DNA from: Yuukianura sp. NJ FZ-2021
Taxonomy: Eukaryota
Direction of reading: 5' to 3'
NCBI GenBank assembly: GCA_046563655.1
Contig: CM102283.1
Span: forward strand, 6,634,001-6,698,000
Length of the DNA: 64,000 nucleotides
The notes beneath the pieces were generated by a model. That model was not told where the DNA came from and did not search any database. It saw only the letters and a list, made by a program, of their open reading frames with translations. Shown in pieces: positions 13,962 to 27,763 of this stretch (its first letter is position 1; each line of letters starts with the position of its first letter). Made by a program: the position numbers and the translations under genes.

Positions 13962-14714
13962 ATGGAAAAAATGTCATCCGATTCAGGGCGTTTCCGATGT
14001 CTTTCTACTAAATCAGTGTTTCAAACCACAAAAGTTATTGCAATTGTGGATTTGGTGAGTAATGGACTTTTTTTTTTGCCAAATTATCATTTTGTCAAAA
14101 TTTGTTTTTTGACTGAAAATTTTGAATTCCCAGATTTTGTTTGCGTTTTGCTTCTTGTCCGTGTCAATCCTTTCGATCTTGTACGTTAGTAGCGTCGGTG
14201 GCCTCCGATTTGTACTGCATCCTCTGCAAGCCGATTTGCAAAAATTTCTGAAATTGCGAGGTAAAACGAAATCAAATTTTGAAAAAAAAAAATTCTGAAA
14301 AATGTATTTTTTAATTTAGGGCTGATCAAAATTTGGATTATTGTGAGTCTGCTACTTTGGTGCTTAGCAGAAATTGGATTTGCTTGTCTTCTGTACTTCG
14401 GAACGAAAAAGGTTTACGAATTTTTTGGATTTAATTTTTTAAGTCCAATTCCGTGTAGTGAGAATACTAAAATTTAATTTTTTTTAACTTTGAAATTGTT
14501 GCAGCGATCTTATGGCATGCTGCGGACGTGGATATTTCTAGTGATCGTTGACTCTCTATTTGCAATGATGGTTTTCATTCAATTGATTGCATCCACTACG
14601 CATTTCGTTCTGTACATCGTCATTGCTATCGTGTACTACACGTACAGGATACTTGCCCTCTGGGTTGTCCATTTGGTACTACGTGAAATAATGCAACAGG
14701 TTGAATGGGTATAA
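13962..14714 (+). CDS. Uncharacterised four-transmembrane protein, 4 exons (13962-14054, 14134-14260, 14321-14411, 14505-14714)
   Basis: GT-AG introns join in frame; four hydrophobic segments (VIAIVDLILFAFCFLSVSILSILYV; IWIIVSLLLWCLAEIGFACLLYFG; TWIFLVIVDSLFAMMVFIQLI; FVLYIVIAIVYY). Confidence 0.75.
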
Positions 14715-14923
14715 GCTGTTGGAAGCAGGTCAAAGGTCAAATAACTCTCACCGCACAACTTTTCACTGTAAACTCAGATAATTTAATTGTAAATATCTTA
14801 ACTTTCACTCGTTAAGTTTTGAATGCAAAAAAGTGTGTCTGTATATTAAATATTAGGTTAATTTTTAGATGTAGTATTTGAATTGATATGCATTCATTCT
14901 AGTAACTTATTATTCCGGATCTG

Positions 14924-16349
14924 TTATTTCTCATTATTTTTCTGAACGCAATTTTCGCCCTTCCATTCCACCCTCACAAGATTTCCTTCTGTTTCGGAAT
15001 CAGTATCACATTTGCCTTGTGGAATCCGTTCCCGGAGAGTTCTAAGCTTGTCCTTATATAAACGTTGCAACACGCCGAGTTTGTAGGCATCAATTTCAGA
15101 GAACTTTAGAAGAAATTGCTGACGGGCTTCATCTGAAACCACAAATCAAACATCTCATCTGTATTTAACAAAATTGGGATAGTTATCTCCAACAGTTCCA
15201 TGCCAAAACCTTTCTTACCTTGATGCATTGGACAGAAGTAACACAAACCGTTTTGATCTTCGTCCATTTTTAATGCCCCTCTAATCCACCTCGCAAACTT
15301 GGGGCCTGTATGTATTTTCACATAGAACTTGTTCCGCTTCGAATAAGAATCGAGGGTCAAAATTTGACTGGTTGGGATCCCAATTTTCTTAGTTTCACCT
15401 GGAAAGCACAAAATCTAAAGTTGTAATGCTGTTAGCCTTGTCCTGGCGGGGCTTAATAATACGCAAATTGGCAAGCTACTAATACAAACCCTAGTGGTTA
15501 AAACGTAGCGTAAGAGGCACAATACTTGCAGTAAAAAGAGAACATTGTACTTTGACATACCAGTTTGATAAGCAGGAAGTTGCAAATATAGTCCAACTTC
15601 TCCTATAGTTACACGAATACACAAACTTTCAGTTGAGAAGACGACATAGGTACCGATCCGGACGTAGCTGCAAGCTGCAAGGGCAAATGCGGAGCCATTA
15701 CTCTTATTTGCCACATCACAAAGTTTTCCAATCACTGCAAAATATGAAATTTTATGGATTAGAACCTTATCAAGGATTTAGACAAGCTTACAAACTTTAG
15801 TCACAACTCACCACCTTCTGGTGTTAATTTTTCAGTAGCTGTCGTTGTTGTGACCTTTTCCAACGATTGTGCTGGTACTGGTTTTGATGAAGCTGGCGAC
15901 GAAAGAACGGAAGACGGAAATGCAACTGCTGTTGCTGTTGTTTCGTTATTTGTTTCTTCATTGCTATTCCGAGAGGCCAAGGCCCTCATCTAAAATTATT
16001 ACAACACCAATTGAATTTAAGCTCAGTTTATGTTATCAAATGAAACTCACTTTCTCATGTGCAATGTTCGCATGCCTCAGAATGGCAATGATATCTCCCA
16101 AGGCAGTGATCCCCATAGCGCGGAGATTCTCTTGCGTAAGATCCAACAGCATGTCCGGCTTAATCCTGTTATCTTCAAACAGCAACGCATATTTGGTGTC
16201 GAAAATGTGAGGAATTCCAGCATTCCTAAAGAAGTCCAACCAGAAGGCTACAAAAACCCAGATTACACGTTAAAACAAATTGAATTCCCAAATTAATACC
16301 TAAATTAGTGTAAATTCTTACCGTATAACTTACCCGTTTCAGCAGACAT
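14924..16349 (-). CDS. C19orf47-like N-terminal SAM-like domain protein with a C-terminal SENP6/7-type PH-like domain, 6 exons
   Basis: Spliced MSAETAFWLDFFRNAGIP..KYALLFEDNRIKPDMLLDLTQENLRAMGITALGDIIAILRHA matches the C19orf47 N-terminus as I recall it. Later exons give CSYVRIGTY..WIRGALKM..YFCPMHQDEARQQFLLKF. Confidence 0.75.
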
Positions 16350-16952
16350 GTTGAGGCATCTACACAGGTACAGGCCGTTCGTTCAGTGGTTTTTAAACTA
16401 AGAAATTTAACTTTTAACTTTTAATTTAATTTGACACCTTAATTTAATTTAATGTTTTTTAACAAGAAATTTGTAAACAACGTGGTGAGAGTGAGGGATG
16501 CCATCACACAGAAGTTCACCGGAGTGAAAATCATAACTCAGAGTTGGACAAATGTAGTAATTAAAAAAAACTTTATTTTCTTATTGAGGAAACAATTTGT
16601 TTGGTTTGCTTGCCATGAAATTGCTTCAAAAATTTAAAACTATCCAATTTCTGCAGCAACTGGAATGAATTTGCTTAATTTTCAGGGTTAATTTGAAGTG
16701 TCAAGCATCTTATCTAGTCAGGCATTTAATCAGCAGTACAAGAAAGGTACCAGATCGCAACTAACTAAAGGCACGACCACGAGTGGCTGGGATGGGACTG
16801 AGAGACGAAGAAAGCAAGCCAAAAAATTTTCGCATTTGTTTGCGAATGAATGATGAGTATCACTGGCGATACTGATTAGTGATTACAATTAGTAATTAGC
16901 AAGAAACTCGAATAGTTGCTGCTACTCGGGCTAAGGAATTTGCTGATCAGTC

Positions 16953-19900
16953 ATGAGTTCAACAAGCAGCAAGCCAACAACTGCTTCGTCAGCTGATCAA
17001 AAGAAACCTAGGCAGGATATCACTAAAAACGTAAGATCCTCGTAAAAGTGTTGAAAATGCTGTTAATTTGACATTCTACCTATACTAATTTTGTTCAATT
17101 TCTGCAGAAAGGGAAAGTTGGCGACTGGGTGAGGCACACAAGTTCGTCAGGCAAAGAATATTACTACAATGTCATTACACATGCTTCACAATGGGAGAAG
17201 CCTAAAGAATGGCTGGACCATGAGCAGCGACATGGACCGGTTCCCAACGTCCCTGCAGTAAGTAGCAGCCGAGTCCAGCCAAGCGGAAGCAAACCGCAGC
17301 AGCATTCTTCTGGCAGTACGTCCAGCAACGTTTCTCAGCAACATATCGACCGAGAACGGGACCGTGAACATCACCAGCAACTGCACCAACAACAACAACG
17401 AGAACGTGAGGCAGCACAGCGAGACAGATATCACCAGCAACACCAGTATCGTGGTAATAGTAGCAGTTTTCAGCAGCCATCAACTTCATCAGCTTCTGGG
17501 AGCAACACTTCAACACATGTCCATCCCGGGACAAGTACTTCCACATCATACAATAATTCCTGGAATACCTCAGCAAATGCACATCACCATCACCAGCAAC
17601 AGCATCATCATGGGTCAATGTCTGGCGAGCGACAAACTCCCGCTCCATATAGCCATTCTCATAGTAGTGCTACCTCCAGCAGCAGCAGTATTGCAATTCC
17701 CTCTACAAGTTCTTCAATATATTCTCAGGGGTCAAGTCGCAGTCATTACATGGATAATCGTCCTTCCTCATCGATGTCCGCTATGCATCAATCTATTCGT
17801 GAGCGTGACCCTAGAAAACAGAATGATGGCAAAGGTAATTAATTATATTTCATAAATGTGACAATGTGAGTACCTTATATGCTTACTTCAATTTCTCTTT
17901 AGATGGACAAGGAGATGATATGGACATTTCACCTTTGGATGAAGAGACTGGGGCAGGGTCAATAGACGCACCAAATCGAGCAGTCGCTTCGTCACATTCC
18001 CAATCTGGCACGAACGTTCCTGGAACGTCAGCCTCCAGTTATGGAAGTAGGAACCTCGAGCGGGAACGTGACAGAGAACGAGAACGGGAAAGAGAGCGAG
18101 ATGATCGAGAGTCATACAGTAAGTGCTGAGGACATTTTAATTATATATTAATAATTAATTACTATATTCTTCCTAAACTTATTAATCTCGATACTGATCA
18201 TACCAAGGAAAGCTTCAGGAGATTCTTTTGAAATTTTGTTATGTTATTTCCTTGGTTGCATTAGTATTCCCTCCTTCCCTTTCCTAGGACTGTCCCAGTT
18301 GAATGGTGGAGGTGAAGACACATACTCTCAAAGTCCAATGTCATCGCAATCAACTTCGTTATTATCCAAAGTGGTCCGGGCCAGTGAACTAGTTCAAGAG
18401 TATCTGACAACAGGCAGCCCTGGAATTGACAAATTCCTGCTAGGTGGAATACCGACGTTTGGAATAACCGAAATCTCTGGCGACAGTGGAACAGGCAAAA
18501 CTCAACTGTCTCTTCAGTTGTGTATCATGGTCCACCTACCAGTAGTTTCCGGAGGCCTCAATTCAGGCGCCATGTTTATCAGTACTGAAAAAGTTTTTCC
18601 TGCCGAGCGACTTGCAGAATTAGTACAGCACTTTCTTCCTCGACTTGGAACTGCAAGGAGTGAAGACATCATGGATGCAATTTACGTTGAGCGAATTGGA
18701 ACTGTCGAAGGATTGATTGACTGTTTGGAGACTCGTGTGCCAGTGCTGCTGCTGTCGAAGAAAATTCGGTTGATTGTGATTGACTCCCTTGCGGCGTTAG
18801 TACGAGCAGAATACGAATCACACAAAGTGTCAAAACGGACATCAGATCTCCGGAAAATCTCCAGTATTCTGCACGATCTGTCACGCCGTGCGCATCCAGC
18901 AAGTATTTCAATCATTGTTGTGAATCAAATGACTGCATCACTTTCAGCAGGAGTTAACATTCCAGCATTGGGTTTGACCTGGACCAATTGTGTTACAACG
19001 AGACTCCAAATCCTGAGGAATGACAACCAAAGACTGCTAGGAGTCATCCATGCTTTTCATATTCCACTGTCTTGTATTCCTATTGTACTGGACGAATCTG
19101 GAATTCGAGCTACTTCTGATTCCCAAGCAGTCGTAGCGTCAACTACTATAATTAAAGTGTGCCTAATTCTTACTAATTTAAATTGCAATTTGCATACTAT
19201 CAAAGAACCTTGGAGGAAATTTTTTTTAAACTTATGTTTTTTTTTTCAGGAAACTATCAAGCTCGAGAACGCAGCAGGGATCCGCGGGAAAACGCAAGAA
19301 AGGAAAGAGAACGAACGGATAACCGCGGTCAACGGCGTGACCAAGAACTGACCAGTAGAGATCCGCGTGACAAAGATCGTGACCAACGGACTTCGAGAAC
19401 CAACAATTCTAGGGAAGATCGGTCGAGAAGTCCTGTCTGGGACAAGGATCGCACTCCAGAACGTCGTACGTCAATTCAGTCCAATATTAATCAATTAACT
19501 CCAATGTTGTTAACATTTACTTAAGTAACTTTTTAACGTTTATGTGTCATTCCACTTGTGTTACAGAAGGTGACGCAACGCTGAGCCTCGGACTTAGCTC
19601 GCTGGAAACGGCCAGTGAAAAGGAAATTCCAGATTTTCTGCCACAATCTTTAGCTGTTTACTTTCGGGAAGATCTCATCGCGCATGTGAAAAATTTGCCT
19701 GGAGAAGGTTTAGAACGAACGGTTAGTAAATCATAAGCTGTTAAAAGACCGTAGATTTCCAAATAGTACCCCAGGGGTACTCATTGTTTCGTTGTACTCG
19801 GGGGAGTGGTACTGATGGGGGTACTATTTGGAAGTTTACGGTAACTTTCTGATAAGTTCTATTTCTAAATCTGGATGATCCAGGATTATTCTCGGAATTG

Positions 19901-20142
19901 ATGACTTAAAACCTTCATTATCTTTTTGACAGGCCAATAAATTAATGGACGAACTTCTGACTACAAATTCCATTTCACTGTCCAAGGTTTCCAGTGAACT
20001 GAAGATGGCGCGGAGTTTGGTTCGCCTAACAGACATACAAGCTACGCTCCAGGAACAGAAGATTCTGTTCCTTCGACAACAAATTAAGGACCTTGAGGAG
20101 AGCGATGCCACTTCTGGGCTTGGCATTGAAGCTTCGATGTAA
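16953..20142 (+). CDS. WAC: WW domain-containing adapter with coiled-coil (WAC/wacky); exons 16953-17030, 17108-17834, 17903-18118, 19250-19465, 19567-19721, 19933-20142
   Basis: WW domain ([27 protein letters not shown]), DMDISP motif, C-terminal [34 protein letters not shown] coiled coil; splice phases consistent. Confidence 0.92.
18288..19351 (+). CDS. XRCC3: XRCC3/spindle-B-like RAD51 paralogue, intronless core nested in WAC intron 3 on the same strand (first in-exon ATG 18338)
   Basis: [33 protein letters not shown] (Walker A), [20 protein letters not shown] (Walker B), VVNQM, PALGLTW. Confidence 0.88.
19748..19843. mobile_element. Small MITE-like element (~95 bp) in the last WAC intron
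   Basis: 25-bp terminal inverted repeats accgtagatttccaaatagtacccc / ggggtactatttggaagtttacggt with 2 mismatches; right end followed by TA. Confidence 0.7.
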
Positions 20143-20673
20143 CTCTATACTTTCCCTGGTTTATGCATAGGCAAGTGGCATGTTGAAATTTTTGTTTTGT
20201 TATTTTCTGGCCTACAAAAGCAGAGTTCAAGGTTCAAATCATGCCCTTTGACTTGTCTGCAAAAACTCATTTTTTTAAAAACTTTTTTTTTCTAAGTTCT
20301 AGAAAAGTAAAAAAAAAGCACTAAAAGCATGAAGTTCATAAGTTTTTTTTCGGTTTCGAATGATGCTTGGCATTTGGCCATGACATGAACCGGTTGCATG
20401 GGTGGGTAATTTACACGCATTGCAAAGTTTTGTGGCTTTTGCACCGTAAATGAAGATCAAGTGGTGTTCTTCCTAAACACTAAAAGTCTATCTGTTTCTA
20501 TAGGCTTTTGTTAATCCTATCTCAAACATGATGACTTACCCGTCATTATCACCCACCCGAACTCCACCGACCCCACAAAAGCCTATAAATGACTGGAAAT
20601 CAATAAACGAAAGTTCCTTTTTGCTCGAGAACCGCTCGCCAGCAGTTGCATTTAAAATTTTACGTTAAAGTGA

Positions 20674-22605
<1,932 letters not shown>

Positions 22606-23760
22606 ACGACAGTCGTAATGTCACTCTTCCAATTGAGTACATGACGACATTCGTCATTGTGACTTGAATCGACACTTTGATTCCACAGAGTTATACCACT
22701 GTTGCAAGATTTTGAACATTTATGTAAATTTTATTTTTTGGTGCGTTTAAATTTTATGAAAGAGACACTAGCGCATGCGCTTTTTAATCGGGAGGGGAGA
22801 GATGCCTTTTATTAAATTATTTTGGAGTGGATAACCTTGAAAAGGGCTCAAATCTGTGTACTTTTTAAGGGCTAGGAAAACAGCATAGGGATGAAAAGTT
22901 ATAGGGGGATGAAAATTTGAAATCTGAACGGTAAACAAAGATCATCTTCCTCTGGATCCAAATGTTGCACACAAAAGTACATAAGATGAAATAGAAGTTG
23001 GTTCAAATGACAAGATTTTGTTTTTCGACTTTTGTTGACGTTAGCAGTTAGCATATTTTTTGTGTGAGCGTCGAGTTAGCATCTTCATTTGTGTCAACTT
23101 CGAGTTCAGATTTCACAGCTAGAAAAAGACTTTGAGAATTGTCAAATGTTGGTTAGCCTCTAGAAGCTTGAGGATTTGGTGAGTCAAGTTACAGCTTGTG
23201 TTTTTAAGTCTATTTAACTTTCGTCATCATAACTAATCAAGTGGGGTGTTAAAGTTCAACTGGAAGCTTAAAGTCAAGGATTAAACTTTTCTTGATTCAA
23301 GAGTCCATTTGTCATAGTATGTCCTGGATGTGTCCCCTCTTCCAGAACGGAAAGACTTAATCACTTTATGCAAGTACAAACAACGCCTCCCAACTTCATG
23401 TCACATGAACGTTGATAAAGAAGTCAACTTTCATGAACAAGATTAATTTCTTCACTCAAACCTCAATTGTCAATTGAGTTCTTGTGTCAACCACATCCTT
23501 CCAGAACTCCCACATCCAAGTACAGAAAAAAACAGGATCTTAAGGTCACTATTGAAACGGAAATGGTCTAAAACTGCATTGCAACTGCACCGTTACTAAG
23601 AATTTTGATACCGTCAAAAGTGCAACGTACTTGAAAACTGAAAAGGTAAGTGACCTCTACAAATTATTTCCAATTTGGAAATTAGTATTGTTATTTCAAA
23701 ATGAATTTTCAAATTTCAGGATTCGTTGAACAAACGTTTTGTTTTTGGTTTCAGTAAACA

Positions 23761-24837
23761 ATGGCCTGGGAAAGACTGGAGGAAGGTCCGGAAGATCCGC
23801 TGACGGATGACCTTGACGCTGACGTTTTGCTGTCGGATAGAGCCAGTGCACACCGCTGGAGAGAGCACTGTTGTGGCCAAGGATTCTTCACCAACTGCGC
23901 AGCCTCCAAACAACGCTACTGGATTGTCGCTTTTGTGTCTACACTGCTCCTGGTATCACTCATTCCTGTTATACTGGTTATCCATACGCACGGTGCTGGC
24001 AGTGGAGGAACAGTTATAAAGAATGCTGGCCTTCCAGAACCAACTCCGACGCCATTTCTGGAACCATTTGACTTTGACAATAACTCATCATCATCCTTCT
24101 CTCCACCAGAATACTATCCAATGGTTGACTTCGTCTTCGACTATATCCGTCTCCTCGAGTACTCAGACAATTCCAGCATCACTGCTGGAGTCAACTCATC
24201 TTCACCTCTGGAAGTGACAATCTTCTATGAATCACTGGACATTCCATCCCGGGAGTTCCTGGCTCACAAGTTTTTTCCGACTTACTTTGGACAAGCAAAT
24301 GGAACCAGGCCAAGAATCAGCCCAAAATTGGTGCCATTTGGACATGCGGAGTTTGAAGCTGGACAGGAAAATGGAACAGAGAAAGTAATATGTGAGCATT
24401 TCCAAGATGAATGCCAAGGGAACCTGGTCCAGGCATGCGCAATTCGTCACACGAAATGGAACGATACACAGAGTGTGGACAAGGTTATGAGGTTCATCAG
24501 ATGCTTGATGGCGGATACTGGCAAGGGAGGCGAGATACTGGAACTCAGATCAGATCCTATTGGAGTTAAATGTGCTGCGACAACTGGCTTCAACTGGGAT
24601 TCAGTTTACAATTGTACAAGATCTTCAGAAGGAATTGCAATTCTAAGGATGTTTCAGCGGAAGACGGTTGCAGTGCTCAATCAGAGTCGAAACAGTACTG
24701 CCAGTACTGCCGCAGCATCATCCTTCCTCCTTCCGATTGTCCAGGTCAAAGGTTATGGAATACTGACTGAAGCGGAGAAAAATGACTTTCCACACTTTAT
24801 TCAATCAAGACTAGAGTCATCAACTGGACAACGTTAA
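23761..24837 (+). CDS. GILT (IFI30)-like thiol reductase family protein with N-terminal type II membrane anchor; catalytic Cys absent
   Basis: LEVTIFYESL, LVPFGHA, CEHFQDECQGNLVQAC (GILT signature), FIRCLM, CA..NWDSVYNC; TM segment YWIVAFVSTLLLVSLIPVILVI; single coding exon. Confidence 0.85.
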   Translation: MAWERLEEGPEDPLTDDLDADVLLSDRASAHRWREHCCGQGFFTNCAASKQRYWIVAFVSTLLLVSLIPVILVIHTHGAGSGGTVIKNAGLPEPTPTPFLEPFDFDNNSSSSFSPPEYYPMVDFVFDYIRLLEYSDNSSITAGVNSSSPLEVTIFYESLDIPSREFLAHKFFPTYFGQANGTRPRISPKLVPFGHAEFEAGQENGTEKVICEHFQDECQGNLVQACAIRHTKWNDTQSVDKVMRFIRCLMADTGKGGEILELRSDPIGVKCAATTGFNWDSVYNCTRSSEGIAILRMFQRKTVAVLNQSRNSTASTAAASSFLLPIVQVKGYGILTEAEKNDFPHFIQSRLESSTGQR

Positions 24838-25020
24838 AGAGCACACGATGTCCAGATCTGGTAATCAGGTTCTGGAAGTTTGTTTTAGAAAACTAGAAAA
24901 CTGTTTTGGAGAGATTCTGGTCGGAATTTTTCTTGCTCAGTCCGGATACTAGAGTTATGAAATCAGAGGCTAAATTATTATCAACTCGGTCCAGTTTCAA
25001 GTTGAAAGATTCAACTGTGT

Positions 25021-26480
25021 TTATGTAACTTTATGACTTACTTGTTTTGGGAAAAGCCCTACTTTGATAAATATATGACACAACTCTTCGTAGAGTGTAA
25101 AGGTTAGACCAGTCGTAATCATGGCCTTGAGAATACTTGGAGCAAGTCCTTTGTAAAGTCCTCTTATCCCTTCCTCAATTACAGTCCTTTTTAAGCAGTC
25201 GAATAAGCCAGAGTAATGTGTAATCTGAGTAAAAGAAAAAAAAACTGTGAGTTAAACATGAAATTACAAATAATAAATATATTTACTTTAATATTATAAA
25301 TATATGAGACATTTACTCTTGTAAAATGTTCTCTGGCTACGTCAAAACCTTGAACTTGAAGTCGTTTTTTGCTCAAGTCGAGCGGATAAACGACTACTTT
25401 GGCAATGATGCCAGCAAGACCTCCACAGATAAGGTTTCCAGCCAATGGCAGTTTATCACCGTTTTCTAAATAAAAAATGAATATAAAAACTCTAGCACAG
25501 TTTCTTCCTATTGGTGCTTGCCTCACCAAAACTGCCAATTGGTTCAACGAATTTTAATTTAACTCCTGGCAATAACTTCCAGTATGCTCGGGTGAGAAAC
25601 CGAAATGATGCGAATTGTACTCCAACTTGCGGAATAATTTGAAGTAGACACGGAAACAGTCCTTTGTAGAGCGACAAGAATCCTTCAGTTCTAATCATGG
25701 TAATTGTAGCATGAGTTAAGCCTCTATAAATCTGTGGGATAGAAACATGTAAAACGTTGAGAATACTTTAGCTTGATCCAGTTAATTTTACCTTAGGTTC
25801 ACCTTGACCGACTAGCCGGGTTCTCAGTGTATCCCAGGGCATTGAGGCTAATGTAGCTACGGATCCGCTCACCCCACCACAAACAAAATCAGTAATAGGT
25901 TTTCCATGCACGGTCACATTAAGGTGAACGTATTTCGTACAACACTCGAACGTCAGGAACTACAAAGTAAACGTCCGAAAGTCAATGTGTAGTAATCATG
26001 TCGTTGGTAAAATTCGACAGTAGAAAAAGTATGGAACCTGAGCAAGTCCGTAAGACATGGACAGAAGCTGTGCCGGAACGTGCCCCTTCCACAAGGCCCA
26101 TAACCCTGGAATTCATGACAGTATTTAGCGAATACAAAGTTTCAATTTAAAGAAAAATGCAATTTCGAAAAACTAACGTTCTTCTTGAAAAATTCGGAGG
26201 GATGCCTGGCGCATGCTCCAGTAGTAGTTGCCAGTACTTGGTTTTATCGGCTCATGTTGTAACTGTAAAAAAAAAGTTCACGAATTGCTGTGAATCAATT
26301 AGTACGCGGAGATGTTTTGCCATAAATTATCATAATCAAGCATTAGCATACCTGAAAACGTATTTTGAGAACATCTAAAGGTTGTGACAAGTATCGCGTC
26401 AAAGCGCCGCTGAGAATCCCGGCAGCTCCATATCCTGTATGTGACAGTCGTTGTTTCTCATTGCTGTGAAATCCAACCAT
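25021..26480 (-). CDS. SLC25A19: Mitochondrial thiamine pyrophosphate carrier
   Basis: MVGF..AGILSGALTRYLSQPLDVLKIRFQLQHEP, WKGHVPAQLLSMSYG, MPWDTLRTRLVGQGEP, YPLDLSKKRLQVQGF, GLYKGLAPSILKA. The 3' end is uncertain (possible extra mini-exon near 24956). Confidence 0.9.
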
Positions 26481-27763
26481 TAAACTCCGAGCTGCTGGTG
26501 ATCAGCAAAATGCTGGATCTGGAATCCAGGTTCTGGATGCCGAGGAACCTGAAATCAAAAAACTTCGATCAATTCTTTGCATTTTGTGCACATTTCCGTT
26601 GAAGTTTTTCCTTTTCCTATGTTTACTACCATAAATCCCGGCTCATACCCCGTAAAATACTTTTAAAATCTTTGCCTTTGGGCCTATTGTAAAATTGTAA
26701 ATTGTTCGCATAACACGGACCGGAAAAGATGCTCATCTTATTGCCAAAAGAATTCATTCAACTTCTCAACAAAAACAATGCTTGAGGCCGCTAATTTGCA
26801 AGACAAGCCCCCTTTTAAAATACTTTTGTTGTATACTGCTTGAAATCCGATTCCAAACAACTTATTGATTGCGAAGTAAAAGGTATTGACCAGAAGAGCC
26901 ATTCATGATGATCAGAAAAAACGGGTTTTTCAAGATGCAGCAACACAGCATGATCTTCAAGAGTTTGAATTATGCAAAGGGTAAAAAGAAAACTTAAGTA
27001 CTTCCAATTATCCATTTCTATTGTTTTCTTCCTGGCGTGCTAAAACGACCACCACCGGATTCCACTACAGTCAGTCACGCTCCGTATCAATTTTAACTCC
27101 ACCATTTCCAATTTACAAAGAAATAACGTACTGAAAAAACTGACGTTGTTCATTTCCAATTCCTGTCCCTCCCATTTTGAAACTAAAACAATCATTTTCA
27201 CGACCTCTCAAGAGTTTTAAAGATAAGTTTATAAACGGGTAGTATTGGAAAAACTGCTGCGCCAAACAAGAAAGATCCATATTCGCTACTTGGTAAGCCA
27301 ATTTTAACTTGATAAGTTTTCAACATACTGCAAATACAAATTTGTAACAAATTTTTAACAACGAAACGATGACCCTAAAGAAACGATTTTTTTTAACTTT
27401 CTACAACCACTTACCGTCTCCCGTGTCACTGCCTGTGCCTTCACTCCAGACTCAGAATACGAGAAAAAGGAGATTACTAAAAAGCAATTAACTTAAGTAA
27501 TTAATGCAACTTGATTACTAATTAAGATATTTACCACGTGCTAACTTCAACCACAAAATGTCAAATGTTGTTTTGTTGACAAAGTTTTGCGGCGAGGAAA
27601 CCAGATGACAGTCTATTGGATTTGACATTGGCGCCAAATGTACACAGCGTTTTATGCTTCTTATCCTGATGAAAAAAATACAGTTCAGAAATCACTAACT
27701 TAACTTCATTTCGTTTAATTATTAACTTATTTTAATTACAGATTAACTAATTCAAATCGTACT

